This document shows, piece by piece, positions 8,637 through 17,540 of a stretch of DNA of 43,060 bases. The DNA comes from a virus (lineage: Duplodnaviria > Caudoviricetes). The notes beneath the pieces are model-generated. The model ran no database searches. It was not told where the DNA came from and saw only the letters and a program-made list of their open reading frames with translations. The number at the start of each line of letters is the position of its first letter. Position 1 is the first letter of the stretch. The stretch spans positions 1 to 43,060 of IMG/VR virus record IMGVR_UViG_3300027798_000079. One strand, written 5' to 3'. The position numbers and the translations under genes were made by a program.

Positions 8637-9252
8637 CGCTGCTGTTGCATCGACTGAATCTCCAACAGGAGATGTATCAAATGCGGTTGTGACTCAAGAC
8701 CAGCCAGTTGCAGATGCAACTGAGACTGGCAATACAGAGGGCGACAGTAAGGATGCTCCAAAGACCGAAGCGGTTGGCGCACCAGAAAAGTATGAATTCA
8801 AAGCCCCAGAAGGCAAGAATTTTGACAACGAAGTCATTTCGACATATTCGCAAGTCGCCCGTGAATTGAATTTGAGTCAGGATTCCGCGCAGAAGATGTT
8901 AGACACACTTGGTCCAAAACTCGCTGAAAGGCAGATGGCTCAGATCGATTCCATTCGACAAGGATGGGTTGATTCGTCACGAATTGATAAGGAATTCGGC
9001 GGAGAGTCACTCGACAAGAACATGTCGGTTGCGAAGAAGGCGTTGGACACATTTGGGACACCTGAACTGCGAACTGTATTAAATCAATCTGGTCTAGGGA
9101 ATCATCCTGAAGTCATCAGGTTTTTCTATAGAGCAGGAAAATCAATTAGTGAAGATGGTTATGTCGGTCCGTCAAGTGGCTCAGGTTCAAAGGGACAACC
9201 ACAAGACTTTGCATCACAAGCGTCAGTGCTTTATTCAAATCAAAAATCTTAA
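8590..9252 (+). CDS. Capsid scaffolding/assembly protein
   Basis: Acidic disordered N-terminus, APEKYEF, GLGNHPEVIRFFYRAGKSISED; precedes the capsid gene. Confidence 0.8.
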   Translation: MTQTESLMTTPAPTNNAAVASTESPTGDVSNAVVTQDQPVADATETGNTEGDSKDAPKTEAVGAPEKYEFKAPEGKNFDNEVISTYSQVARELNLSQDSAQKMLDTLGPKLAERQMAQIDSIRQGWVDSSRIDKEFGGESLDKNMSVAKKALDTFGTPELRTVLNQSGLGNHPEVIRFFYRAGKSISEDGYVGPSSGSGSKGQPQDFASQASVLYSNQKS

Positions 9253-9270
9253 TTTTAAGGAACATTTTTT

Positions 9271-10290
9271 ATGCCAACACTTGCAACAACAAATTTAACT
9301 CTCGCTGACTGGGCGAAACGAACTGATCCAAACGGATCTGTTCCAGTCGTGGCTGAACTCCTCTCGCAAACAAATGAAATTCTTCAGGACGCAGTTTTTA
9401 AGGAAGGCAATTTGCCGACTGGCGAACGCGTTGTAATCCGAACAGGATTGCCAACCGTGTACTGGAGAGCATTGAATCAAGGTATTCCAAGTAGCAAGTC
9501 AACGACTGCACAAGTTGACGAAGCATGTGGAATGCTTGAAGCCCGTTCAGAAGTGGACAAGGATCTTGCAATGCTCAATGGCAATACGGCTCAGTTCCGT
9601 TTGTCCGAAGACACTGCGTTCTTGGAAGCAATGAACCAAACACAGGCACAAACAATGTTCTATGGCAACCCTGCCACTGAACCAAAGTCGTTCCTTGGAT
9701 TGGCTGGTCGATACTCAACTTTGACTGGGACAATTGGTCAAAATGTTATCACTGCTGGCGGAGCAGATGCCACCAAAAACTCAAGCATTTACTTGGTTTG
9801 TTGGGGCGACAATACTGTGTATTGCCCATTCCCTAAGGGTTCTAAGGCTGGCTTGATTCATGAGGATCTTGGTGAGCAAACTGTGTTTAACAGTGACACG
9901 CGCATGCAAGCGTATGCAACTCGTTACCAATGGAAGAACGGGTTGGTAGTCAAGGACTGGCGTTATTGCGTCCGAATCTGCAACATTAATTTGACGCACC
10001 TTCTTGCTGGAACTGATACGCAAACAACAGCGGTTGGAACAAACATCATCAAGTTGATGGCTCGGTCTTTGTATCGCATTCCAAACATGGCAATGGGTCG
10101 ATGTGCGTTCTACATGAACCGAACAGTTCATTCTGGTCTTACTGTCCAAGCAATGGATCGAAGTCAGCAAGTTCTAAAGGTCAATGAAGGATTGTCTCAG
10201 TTTGGTCAACCACACAGTTGGTTGTCATTCTTGGGAGTTCCATGTCGCAAGGTTGATGCGTTGCTTACTACAGAAGCCGTTGTCTCATAA
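9271..10290 (+). CDS. Major capsid protein (BPP-1 Bbp17-like)
   Basis: 339 aa; RTGLPTVYWR, GLVVKDWRYCVRICNI, FLGVP motifs. Confidence 0.92.
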   Translation: MPTLATTNLTLADWAKRTDPNGSVPVVAELLSQTNEILQDAVFKEGNLPTGERVVIRTGLPTVYWRALNQGIPSSKSTTAQVDEACGMLEARSEVDKDLAMLNGNTAQFRLSEDTAFLEAMNQTQAQTMFYGNPATEPKSFLGLAGRYSTLTGTIGQNVITAGGADATKNSSIYLVCWGDNTVYCPFPKGSKAGLIHEDLGEQTVFNSDTRMQAYATRYQWKNGLVVKDWRYCVRICNINLTHLLAGTDTQTTAVGTNIIKLMARSLYRIPNMAMGRCAFYMNRTVHSGLTVQAMDRSQQVLKVNEGLSQFGQPHSWLSFLGVPCRKVDALLTTEAVVS

Positions 10291-10319
10291 TTCAAATTTT
10301 AAAAAGGAAAAAACACAAA

Positions 10320-10757
10320 ATGATTACTGATAAATTACTAAGACTTTCGGATGCCCAAGCAATCTTGGGTGCGGATTTGGCAGCAACTGATGTTATTGAT
10401 CTTTTGCAAGCGCGAGATATTGGCGAAGGAACTGATTTGTATATGGTGGTTACCGTGATCACCGCCTTTACTGCTGGAACATCTATTGAATTCATTGTAA
10501 AGGGTTCTACTGACGCAACTATTGTGACTGGTGATACAACACTTGGCACATCGGGCGCAATTGCACAAGCCAATCTCACGGCTGGAGCGCAATTCTTTGT
10601 TCGCATTAACCCACAATTTGCAAGTACAGGACAGCGTTACATTGGTGCTTTCTACGATGTAACTGGAACATTTACTGCTGGTACTGTTACAACCGATATC
10701 GTTTTGGATGTTTCAGATCCAAAGAAGTTTTATTCGTCTGGGTTCTCTGTCACTTGA
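10320..10757 (+). CDS. Capsid cement/decoration protein (Bbp16-like)
   Basis: MITDKLLRLSDAQA...TDVIDL...RDIGEG...RYIG; follows the capsid gene. Confidence 0.85.
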   Translation: MITDKLLRLSDAQAILGADLAATDVIDLLQARDIGEGTDLYMVVTVITAFTAGTSIEFIVKGSTDATIVTGDTTLGTSGAIAQANLTAGAQFFVRINPQFASTGQRYIGAFYDVTGTFTAGTVTTDIVLDVSDPKKFYSSGFSVT

Positions 10758-10774
10758 TAATTTAAGGAGATTTA

Positions 10775-10987
10775 ATGTCAAAGGTAAAAGCAAAAGTCAC
10801 ATGTTTCATTGACAACTCACTCCGCAATGAGGGAGATGAATTTGAATACAACGGTCCAGAAAACGGAAATGTCGAAATTCTCGACGGGACTGAATTTGAA
10901 AAGACCGAAGTTAAAGTAGAAGACACTCCAGTTGCAAAACAAAAGTGGACTCCAAAAAACAAGACTGTTGCTTCTTCGGCTGACTAA
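10775..10987 (+). CDS. Hypothetical virion-module protein (70 aa)
   Basis: AAGGAG RBS; CFID..LRNEGDEFEY. Confidence 0.7.
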   Translation: MSKVKAKVTCFIDNSLRNEGDEFEYNGPENGNVEILDGTEFEKTEVKVEDTPVAKQKWTPKNKTVASSAD

Positions 10988-11012
10988 TCTCGTTTGTAAA
11001 GATTCATACGAG

Positions 11013-11051
11013 CGAGGGGAGTCGATGAGAAATCACGACTCCTCTCGTTTT
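11013..11051 (+). terminator. Terminator after the capsid genes
   Basis: cgaggggagtcg / cgactcctctcg stem followed by tttt. Confidence 0.7.
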
Positions 11052-11065
11052 CATAAGGAGGTTCG

Positions 11066-11734
11066 ATGGCTAGCGTTGTAGATATTTGTAACCTTGCGTT
11101 GGCTCATATTGGTGACGATGCAACGGTTTCGAGCATTGATCCTCCTGAAGGATCTGCACAAGCCGAACACTGCAAGCGTTTCTATGCAATTGCAAGAGAC
11201 ACGATGCTCCAAATGCATAATTGGAACTTTGCTTCAAAGCGCATCTCGTTGGCTCAAGTTACAAACCCAATAACAGAATGGCTGTATGCATACGCGGCTC
11301 CTTCGGACATGTCTGTTGCCGTTTCAATTCTTGCTTCAGATGCTGGTGATGATTACTCTGCTCGTTTCGTTCCAACCGACACGCCATTCTTTCCGCCAGT
11401 TGTTGCGGCTGGGCAGTACACACCTCAACCATATTCAATTGAGGTTGACATTCTTGGCAACAAAGTCATTTACACAAATCAAGAAAGTGCCGTACTTCGG
11501 TATCAGGCTTTAGTTGTAGATCCAACAAAGTTTGATGCGTTGTTTGTTCTGTCTTTGAGTTGGCATCTTGCAAGCATGCTTGCAGGTCCAGTCATCAAAG
11601 GAGATGCAGGATCTGCTGAAGCAAAGCGTTGCATTCAGATGATGGCTGGATACTTGCAAGCGGCGAAGCAATCTGATTCAAATCAAAGGAACATCAGGGT
11701 TGAGCATGTTGTTTCGTGGACAAGCGGACGCTAA
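11066..11734 (+). CDS. Head-tail adaptor / tail tubular protein A-like
   Basis: ASVVDICNLALAHIG...HNWNFA...W.YAYAAPSD...FDALFV pattern. Confidence 0.85.
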   Translation: MASVVDICNLALAHIGDDATVSSIDPPEGSAQAEHCKRFYAIARDTMLQMHNWNFASKRISLAQVTNPITEWLYAYAAPSDMSVAVSILASDAGDDYSARFVPTDTPFFPPVVAAGQYTPQPYSIEVDILGNKVIYTNQESAVLRYQALVVDPTKFDALFVLSLSWHLASMLAGPVIKGDAGSAEAKRCIQMMAGYLQAAKQSDSNQRNIRVEHVVSWTSGR

Positions 11735-14664
11735 TGCCAACAACCAGAACATTCAATCGTTCATTTGCTGGTGGCGAGTTGTCGCCAGAAATGTTTGGTC
11801 GTATTGATGATCAAAAGTTTCAGACTGGTGCTGCAAAGATGCGGAATTTTATTGCGTTGCCGCAAGGTCCTGCCGTAAACCGACCAGGAACAAAGTTTGT
11901 ACGCGCAGTCAAAGACAGCACCAAGAAGACTCGACTCATTCCATTTACATACAGCACCACACAAACAATGGTTCTTGAGTTTGGCGAGGGCTACATTCGA
12001 TTTCACACGCAGGGCGAAACACTGCTTGTAGGAACTCCAAGCGCATTCAGCGCAACAAAGACAATTACGGCTGTTAATACTGCCACAGATACCGTGACAA
12101 GCAACGCGCACGGTTATGCAAACGCAACGCCAATTCAAATTGCAGCCACTACAACAATTCCAGTGGGCTTGTTGGCTCTTACAACTTATTATGTTGTTGG
12201 GGCAACCGCAAACACATTTCAATTCTCTTTGACTGTTGGTGGAGCGGCAATTGACATTACAAGTGTTGGTGCTGGAACAATTACCACAAATCAAGTTTAT
12301 TCTTTGGGTGATCTTGTAAGTTACGGCGGTTCAAATTATTACTGCATTCTTACATCGACAAACAACTTGCCGACCAATGTCACATATTGGTTTTTGATTT
12401 CAAGCCCCGCATACGAAATTCCAAGTCCATACTTGGAAGCGGACTTGTTTGACATTCACCATGTTCAGTCGTCAGATGTGTTGACATTGGTTCATCCGAA
12501 TTATCCTCCACGCGAACTGAGAAGACTTGGCGCAACGCAGTGGACCTTAACTCCTATTTCTTTTGTTCCAGCCGTGACAAGTCCAACTGGCGTTGCTGTA
12601 ACTGCGTCCCGCGGCGAAGCATTTAACATTACTGCAATTACGCAAGCAAACCCTGGCGTGTTGACGCTTTCGTCTGCTCATCAATTTGTTATTGGAGACT
12701 CAGTGTATGTCAGCGGCGTTCTTGGAATGACTCAACTTACTGATGGGTTTTATGTTATAAACAGTATTCCAGCAAGTGCAATATCTCTTAAAAACTACAC
12801 GACTGGCGTTCCTGTAAATACGACCGCATACACCGCATACACAAGTGGCGGCACAGTTGAATATGGAACAAAGATATTTGACATAGTAAATTATTATGTT
12901 GTTACTGCTATTGGTGCAAATGGAGTTGACGAAAGTCTTGCATCTGCAAGCGTAAATGTAACAAACAATTTGTATGTCAATGGAGCGTTCAACACAATTA
13001 CTTGGTCTGCGGTTACTAGCGCTATTCGATACAACATCTACAAAATTCAATCTGGATTGTATGGATACATTGGTCAGACACAGGCTTTGTCATTTACTGA
13101 CGGCAACATTGCACCTGACATGGGTATTACAACTCCTATTGTTGAAACTGTTTTTAATAGTGCCAACAATTACCCTGGAGCCGTTTCGTATTTTGAACAA
13201 CGCAGAGTGTTTGCTGGAACAACCTACGCTCCACAGCAATTGTGGATGACACGGTCAGGCACTGAAAGCGATATGTCTTATCGTTTGCCTGTAAAGGATG
13301 ACGACAGAATTTCGTTTAAGGTTGCAGCGCGTGAAGCCAATACCATTCGACACATTATTCCGCTGCAACAATTGATGCTGTTGACCAGCGCAGCCGAGTG
13401 GCGTGTGTCTCCAGTGAACAGCGATGCCATTACGCCGACTACCATTTCAGTTCGACCACAGTCTTACATTGGCGCAAACAATGTGCAGCCATCAATTATC
13501 AATAACAGCATGGTCTATTGCGCGGCGCGTGGTGGTCACATCCGCGAACTTGGATATTCATGGCAGTCCAATGGATACATCACAGGGGATTTGTCGCTTC
13601 GAGCAGCGCACCTGTTTGACAATTATGAGATTTCTGACATGTGTTACAGCAAGTCTCCGCATCCACTTATTTGGTTCATCTCATCGACAGGACTGTTGCT
13701 TGGATTGACCTATGTTCCTGAGCAACAAATTGGTGCTTGGCATCAGCATGACACGGACGGCACATTTGAAAGTTGTGCAAGTGTTGCTGAAGGAGCAGAA
13801 GACCATGTGTATGTCGTTGTGAAGCGAACCGTTAATGGCAACTCAGTTCGATATGTTGAGCGGATGTCATCAAATGCATTTGATTCTCTCGATGATTGTT
13901 TCTTCGTGGATTCAGGTTTGACATATGACGGGAACAACACGACCGCAACAACTGTGACCGTGTCAGGTGGAACTCTTTGGGGACCAACCGAAGTATTGAC
14001 AATAACGGCATCGACTCCAATCTTTGCGTATCCAGCGCTGACAGACATTGGGGACGCGTTCGTATTTACGGCAACTGACGGAACACAATACAGACTGACA
14101 ATCGAAGGATGCTCATCAACGACCGTTGTTCAGGCTCGATCTGACAAGGTTCTAGCGGTGGCGTTCCGCAATGTGCCTATCTCAAATGGCGCATTTGCAA
14201 GAAATTCTGTTGGAGGTTTGTCACACTTGGAAGGCAAGACTGTTTCTATATTGGCTGACGGAGCCGTCATGCCAAGCAAAGTTGTTGTTGGCGGATCAGT
14301 TTCAATTGATCGAGCAGCAGTCAAAATACATGTTGGCTTGCAATACTTCAGCGACTTGCAGACTTTGCCACTAGCAATAAACATTGAAGCCTTTGGTCAG
14401 GGTCGAGTTAAAAACATCAACAAGGCTTGGGTTCGAGTGTTCCAATCAAGCGGTCTGTTTGTTGGACCTACCGCCGACAAGTTGACGGAAGCCAAGATGA
14501 GAACTGACGAACCATATGGATCACCGCCATCCTTGCGTAGCGACGAGATTAGCGTCAACATCACACCGACATGGGCGCAAGGCGGTCAGATCTACATTCG
14601 TCAGGCTGATCCACTTCCATTGACGATTGTCGGAGTAACCATTGAAGCGGTGGTAGGAGCATAA
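11734..14664 (+). CDS. Tail nozzle (tail tubular protein B-like) with inserted beta-rich domains
   Basis: SFAGGELSPEMFGRID N-terminus, YPGAVSYFEQRR, GAWHQHDTDG, IRQADPLPLTI C-terminus; inserts resembling E1 FCCH-like domains (AHGY, AHQF). Confidence 0.88.
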   Translation: MPTTRTFNRSFAGGELSPEMFGRIDDQKFQTGAAKMRNFIALPQGPAVNRPGTKFVRAVKDSTKKTRLIPFTYSTTQTMVLEFGEGYIRFHTQGETLLVGTPSAFSATKTITAVNTATDTVTSNAHGYANATPIQIAATTTIPVGLLALTTYYVVGATANTFQFSLTVGGAAIDITSVGAGTITTNQVYSLGDLVSYGGSNYYCILTSTNNLPTNVTYWFLISSPAYEIPSPYLEADLFDIHHVQSSDVLTLVHPNYPPRELRRLGATQWTLTPISFVPAVTSPTGVAVTASRGEAFNITAITQANPGVLTLSSAHQFVIGDSVYVSGVLGMTQLTDGFYVINSIPASAISLKNYTTGVPVNTTAYTAYTSGGTVEYGTKIFDIVNYYVVTAIGANGVDESLASASVNVTNNLYVNGAFNTITWSAVTSAIRYNIYKIQSGLYGYIGQTQALSFTDGNIAPDMGITTPIVETVFNSANNYPGAVSYFEQRRVFAGTTYAPQQLWMTRSGTESDMSYRLPVKDDDRISFKVAAREANTIRHIIPLQQLMLLTSAAEWRVSPVNSDAITPTTISVRPQSYIGANNVQPSIINNSMVYCAARGGHIRELGYSWQSNGYITGDLSLRAAHLFDNYEISDMCYSKSPHPLIWFISSTGLLLGLTYVPEQQIGAWHQHDTDGTFESCASVAEGAEDHVYVVVKRTVNGNSVRYVERMSSNAFDSLDDCFFVDSGLTYDGNNTTATTVTVSGGTLWGPTEVLTITASTPIFAYPALTDIGDAFVFTATDGTQYRLTIEGCSSTTVVQARSDKVLAVAFRNVPISNGAFARNSVGGLSHLEGKTVSILADGAVMPSKVVVGGSVSIDRAAVKIHVGLQYFSDLQTLPLAINIEAFGQGRVKNINKAWVRVFQSSGLFVGPTADKLTEAKMRTDEPYGSPPSLRSDEISVNITPTWAQGGQIYIRQADPLPLTIVGVTIEAVVGA

Positions 14665-14666
14665 AC

Positions 14667-15410
14667 ATGTCATCATTTGCGTATGCAAATCCATATACTC
14701 AAATTAATCCTGAACTTTCCACCATACTGCAACCTTCAGGAGGTTATCAAGGTCCACCAAGCGGATTAGTGCAGTTCGACCAAAGTGGCGCACAAATTAG
14801 TGGCGGTGGTATGGATGCCGCTGGAGCGTTTCAGGTGGCTGGCGGAATCATGGCGATCTTTGGCGCGGCAAACAGCGCCATCGGGACTTTCTACCAAGCC
14901 CAAAGCGCACAGAATCAACTGAAGGTTCAGGCTCAGAACGAACGGTTCCAATCGCAGATGTCTGCCATCAACGCTCAGAGCGCCGAGTTTAGCGCCCAGC
15001 AGAGCCTCTTGTCTGGCGAGAAGCAGATTGGGCAGTACACAATGAGGGCTGGTCAACAGAAGTCGTCAGCGGTCGCCTCAATGGCTGCAAGAGGCATCCA
15101 AGGTGGAGTCGGATCTGCCAAGGAAGTCATTGGCAGTATGGACATCGTCAAGGAAATCGACAGGCTGACGATGTCTGCAAGCAATGTCCGTCAGGCTGAG
15201 GCACTTAGAAATCAAGCGATGAACTACCGCAACCAGTCCATTATGTCTGGGCTGTCAGCCGACAACCTCAACACCAGCGCTGGGACAATTTACCCAGGGC
15301 TTGGCGTAGCAACCAGCCTGATCGGAAGCGCAGCAGACATTGGTGGAAACTGGGCAAGAGACAACAGGCTTGAACAGTACCTTCGCGCACAATCAACCAA
15401 GAGATTCTAA
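14667..15410 (+). CDS. Internal virion (ejection) protein, small
   Basis: Ala/Gln/Gly-rich helical protein after the nozzle; MAARGI..GSA motif. Confidence 0.7.
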   Translation: MSSFAYANPYTQINPELSTILQPSGGYQGPPSGLVQFDQSGAQISGGGMDAAGAFQVAGGIMAIFGAANSAIGTFYQAQSAQNQLKVQAQNERFQSQMSAINAQSAEFSAQQSLLSGEKQIGQYTMRAGQQKSSAVASMAARGIQGGVGSAKEVIGSMDIVKEIDRLTMSASNVRQAEALRNQAMNYRNQSIMSGLSADNLNTSAGTIYPGLGVATSLIGSAADIGGNWARDNRLEQYLRAQSTKRF

Positions 15411-17540
15411 ATGCCAACAGTACCAACATCATTCGTCCCTCAAGTTTCTCCACAGGGTGATGGAGGAATGGTTCCACTTCAGGCTCCTCCAGTTGAGGGT
15501 GTACGCAACGCATTGCCAGAGCAACAGATTCGATTTGGCGAGGCAATGAGAAGCGCTGGAAATGTTTCCTTTCGGATTGGTCAGCAGTTGCAGGATTCGA
15601 TTGACGAGGCGGCGGCAAAGGCTGCCGATGTGGAACTATCACAGTTCTCAAATAACATTCTTCGTGGCAAGAATGGATATCTCGGTCTTCAGGGTAAAGA
15701 CGCGGACACAAGATACGAAGAGACAAACAGCGCAATCCTTTCTGCTGCAAATGGCATTCAGTCAAGACTAAAAAACAAGACTCAGGTTGAACTGTTTAAT
15801 CAATCTGCGTCTCGAAACATTGTTCAGTTTCAGGGTCAGATGGGCGCACATTGGAACAATGAAGTTCCTAAATATTTGGCGATGGAATCGAATGCCCGTG
15901 CAATTCAATCGAGCCAAGACGCAATAAATTCGTATTCATCCTTTTCAAGCGCATATCTAGAAAGTATTGCAAAGGCTGAAGCGGAAACTGCAACGGGATT
16001 GTCTTATCTTGGAATCTATAAGGGATCTGCTCAATATGATCAATCAATGAAAAAGGTGCGTTCTGTAATTACGGCTGGAGTTGTCAGCAGGTTAATGGAT
16101 GAAAATTCTTATCAAGATGGTTTGAATTATTTAGAAGAGCAAAACAAATCGAAGTTGATTGACGAGCCGACATATCAATCCTTGCGTTCTGGATTGATTG
16201 CAAACAGAGATCGGCAAATGCGTATTGAATTAACTTATGCCATTAGGAATGGCTATCCACTTACAACACCTTCTGGAACTGGAAACTATTCGACTCCAGT
16301 TGTTGGAGGAGAGATTGTAAGTTTTAGCGAAAATGAATATTCCACCAAAGACGGAAAAAAGGTTTTATCAGGATTGACATTAGAAGTCGGTTCTGGGACT
16401 CAAATTAGATCCCCTGGCAGATCTACAGTAGAAGATTACAAAGAGGGTAGTAGCACAGTTACTCTTAAAAATGAAGATGGATCTCAATTTCACTTCCAAG
16501 GAATTGTCCCCTTAAACATAAAGAATGGAGACAAAATTGCCCGTAATCAAATTATTGGTGTGGCAATGGATGATAAAGAAAATCCTGGAAAAGCAAATCT
16601 TACATATTCATTTACAAAAGATGGAAAATTAAAAGATCCGCAAAATGCAAATGTTCTTGTAGGTAATGTAGATGTGCCAAAAACAAATACACTTGAAGAT
16701 CAACTTGCTCGTGCAAAGCAAATTCCAAACTTAGAAATGAGAAACCAAGTTGAATCGTCACTTAGGCAGGAGTATGCACAAGATGTTAATGCGTTTAACA
16801 AAGCATACAACGATCTTAAATTTCAAATTTACAACATGTATGCGGCTGAAATTGACATTCCTGAAGAAATGTTTGCAGCCCTTAGTCCATCAGATCGAAA
16901 AGAGTTTGATGCTAAAAAACTTGAGTCGTCCTCTTTAGATGCAAAACTTGCAATCGCTGTTGCTGGAGGTGCAAATAAAGAATTGCTAATTCAATATGGA
17001 ACGCAACTGACAAAGCAAGATCGTTTGGCTTATTTGAATCAAATGAACACCGCAGGGTCATCACCAGCATCTTTTGATCAAGACATGTTTAGCATGCTGC
17101 TTCGTCAAAATAATTTTGCTGTGTATGCGGATCCAAAAAAAGATACAGACAAATTAAAAACATTGCAATTGCGTGACGATGTTAATACGAGGATTCAAAA
17201 GCAAAAGCAATCTACTGGAAAAGATCCTTCTGATGAAGAAAAGCAAAAGATTATGATGCGTGTTATTGCAGATCAATATTATATTGACAAATCTTTTGCA
17301 ATAGATCCACAAGTCCCAACTGCATCACTAACAAAAGAAGAAAAGGAAAAGGCATACAAATATGTAATGGGAACTAAAATGTCTTTTGACGATTACCAAA
17401 AATTGCCGAATATTCTTGTTGGCGGAAAAACAATTACCAAAGAAAAGTATGAAGAAATATCTATGATTCTTGCTGAACAAGGCGCAAAAAATACAGAAGA
17501 AAATGTCTTAAAGATGCTAAAAGTAGAAGGATCTAAATGA
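15411..17540 (+). CDS. Internal virion protein with a degenerate M23 peptidase-like domain
   Basis: MPTVP N-terminus; 16360-16645 keeps M23 spacing but lacks HxxxD and HxH. Confidence 0.7.
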   Translation: MPTVPTSFVPQVSPQGDGGMVPLQAPPVEGVRNALPEQQIRFGEAMRSAGNVSFRIGQQLQDSIDEAAAKAADVELSQFSNNILRGKNGYLGLQGKDADTRYEETNSAILSAANGIQSRLKNKTQVELFNQSASRNIVQFQGQMGAHWNNEVPKYLAMESNARAIQSSQDAINSYSSFSSAYLESIAKAEAETATGLSYLGIYKGSAQYDQSMKKVRSVITAGVVSRLMDENSYQDGLNYLEEQNKSKLIDEPTYQSLRSGLIANRDRQMRIELTYAIRNGYPLTTPSGTGNYSTPVVGGEIVSFSENEYSTKDGKKVLSGLTLEVGSGTQIRSPGRSTVEDYKEGSSTVTLKNEDGSQFHFQGIVPLNIKNGDKIARNQIIGVAMDDKENPGKANLTYSFTKDGKLKDPQNANVLVGNVDVPKTNTLEDQLARAKQIPNLEMRNQVESSLRQEYAQDVNAFNKAYNDLKFQIYNMYAAEIDIPEEMFAALSPSDRKEFDAKKLESSSLDAKLAIAVAGGANKELLIQYGTQLTKQDRLAYLNQMNTAGSSPASFDQDMFSMLLRQNNFAVYADPKKDTDKLKTLQLRDDVNTRIQKQKQSTGKDPSDEEKQKIMMRVIADQYYIDKSFAIDPQVPTASLTKEEKEKAYKYVMGTKMSFDDYQKLPNILVGGKTITKEKYEEISMILAEQGAKNTEENVLKMLKVEGSK

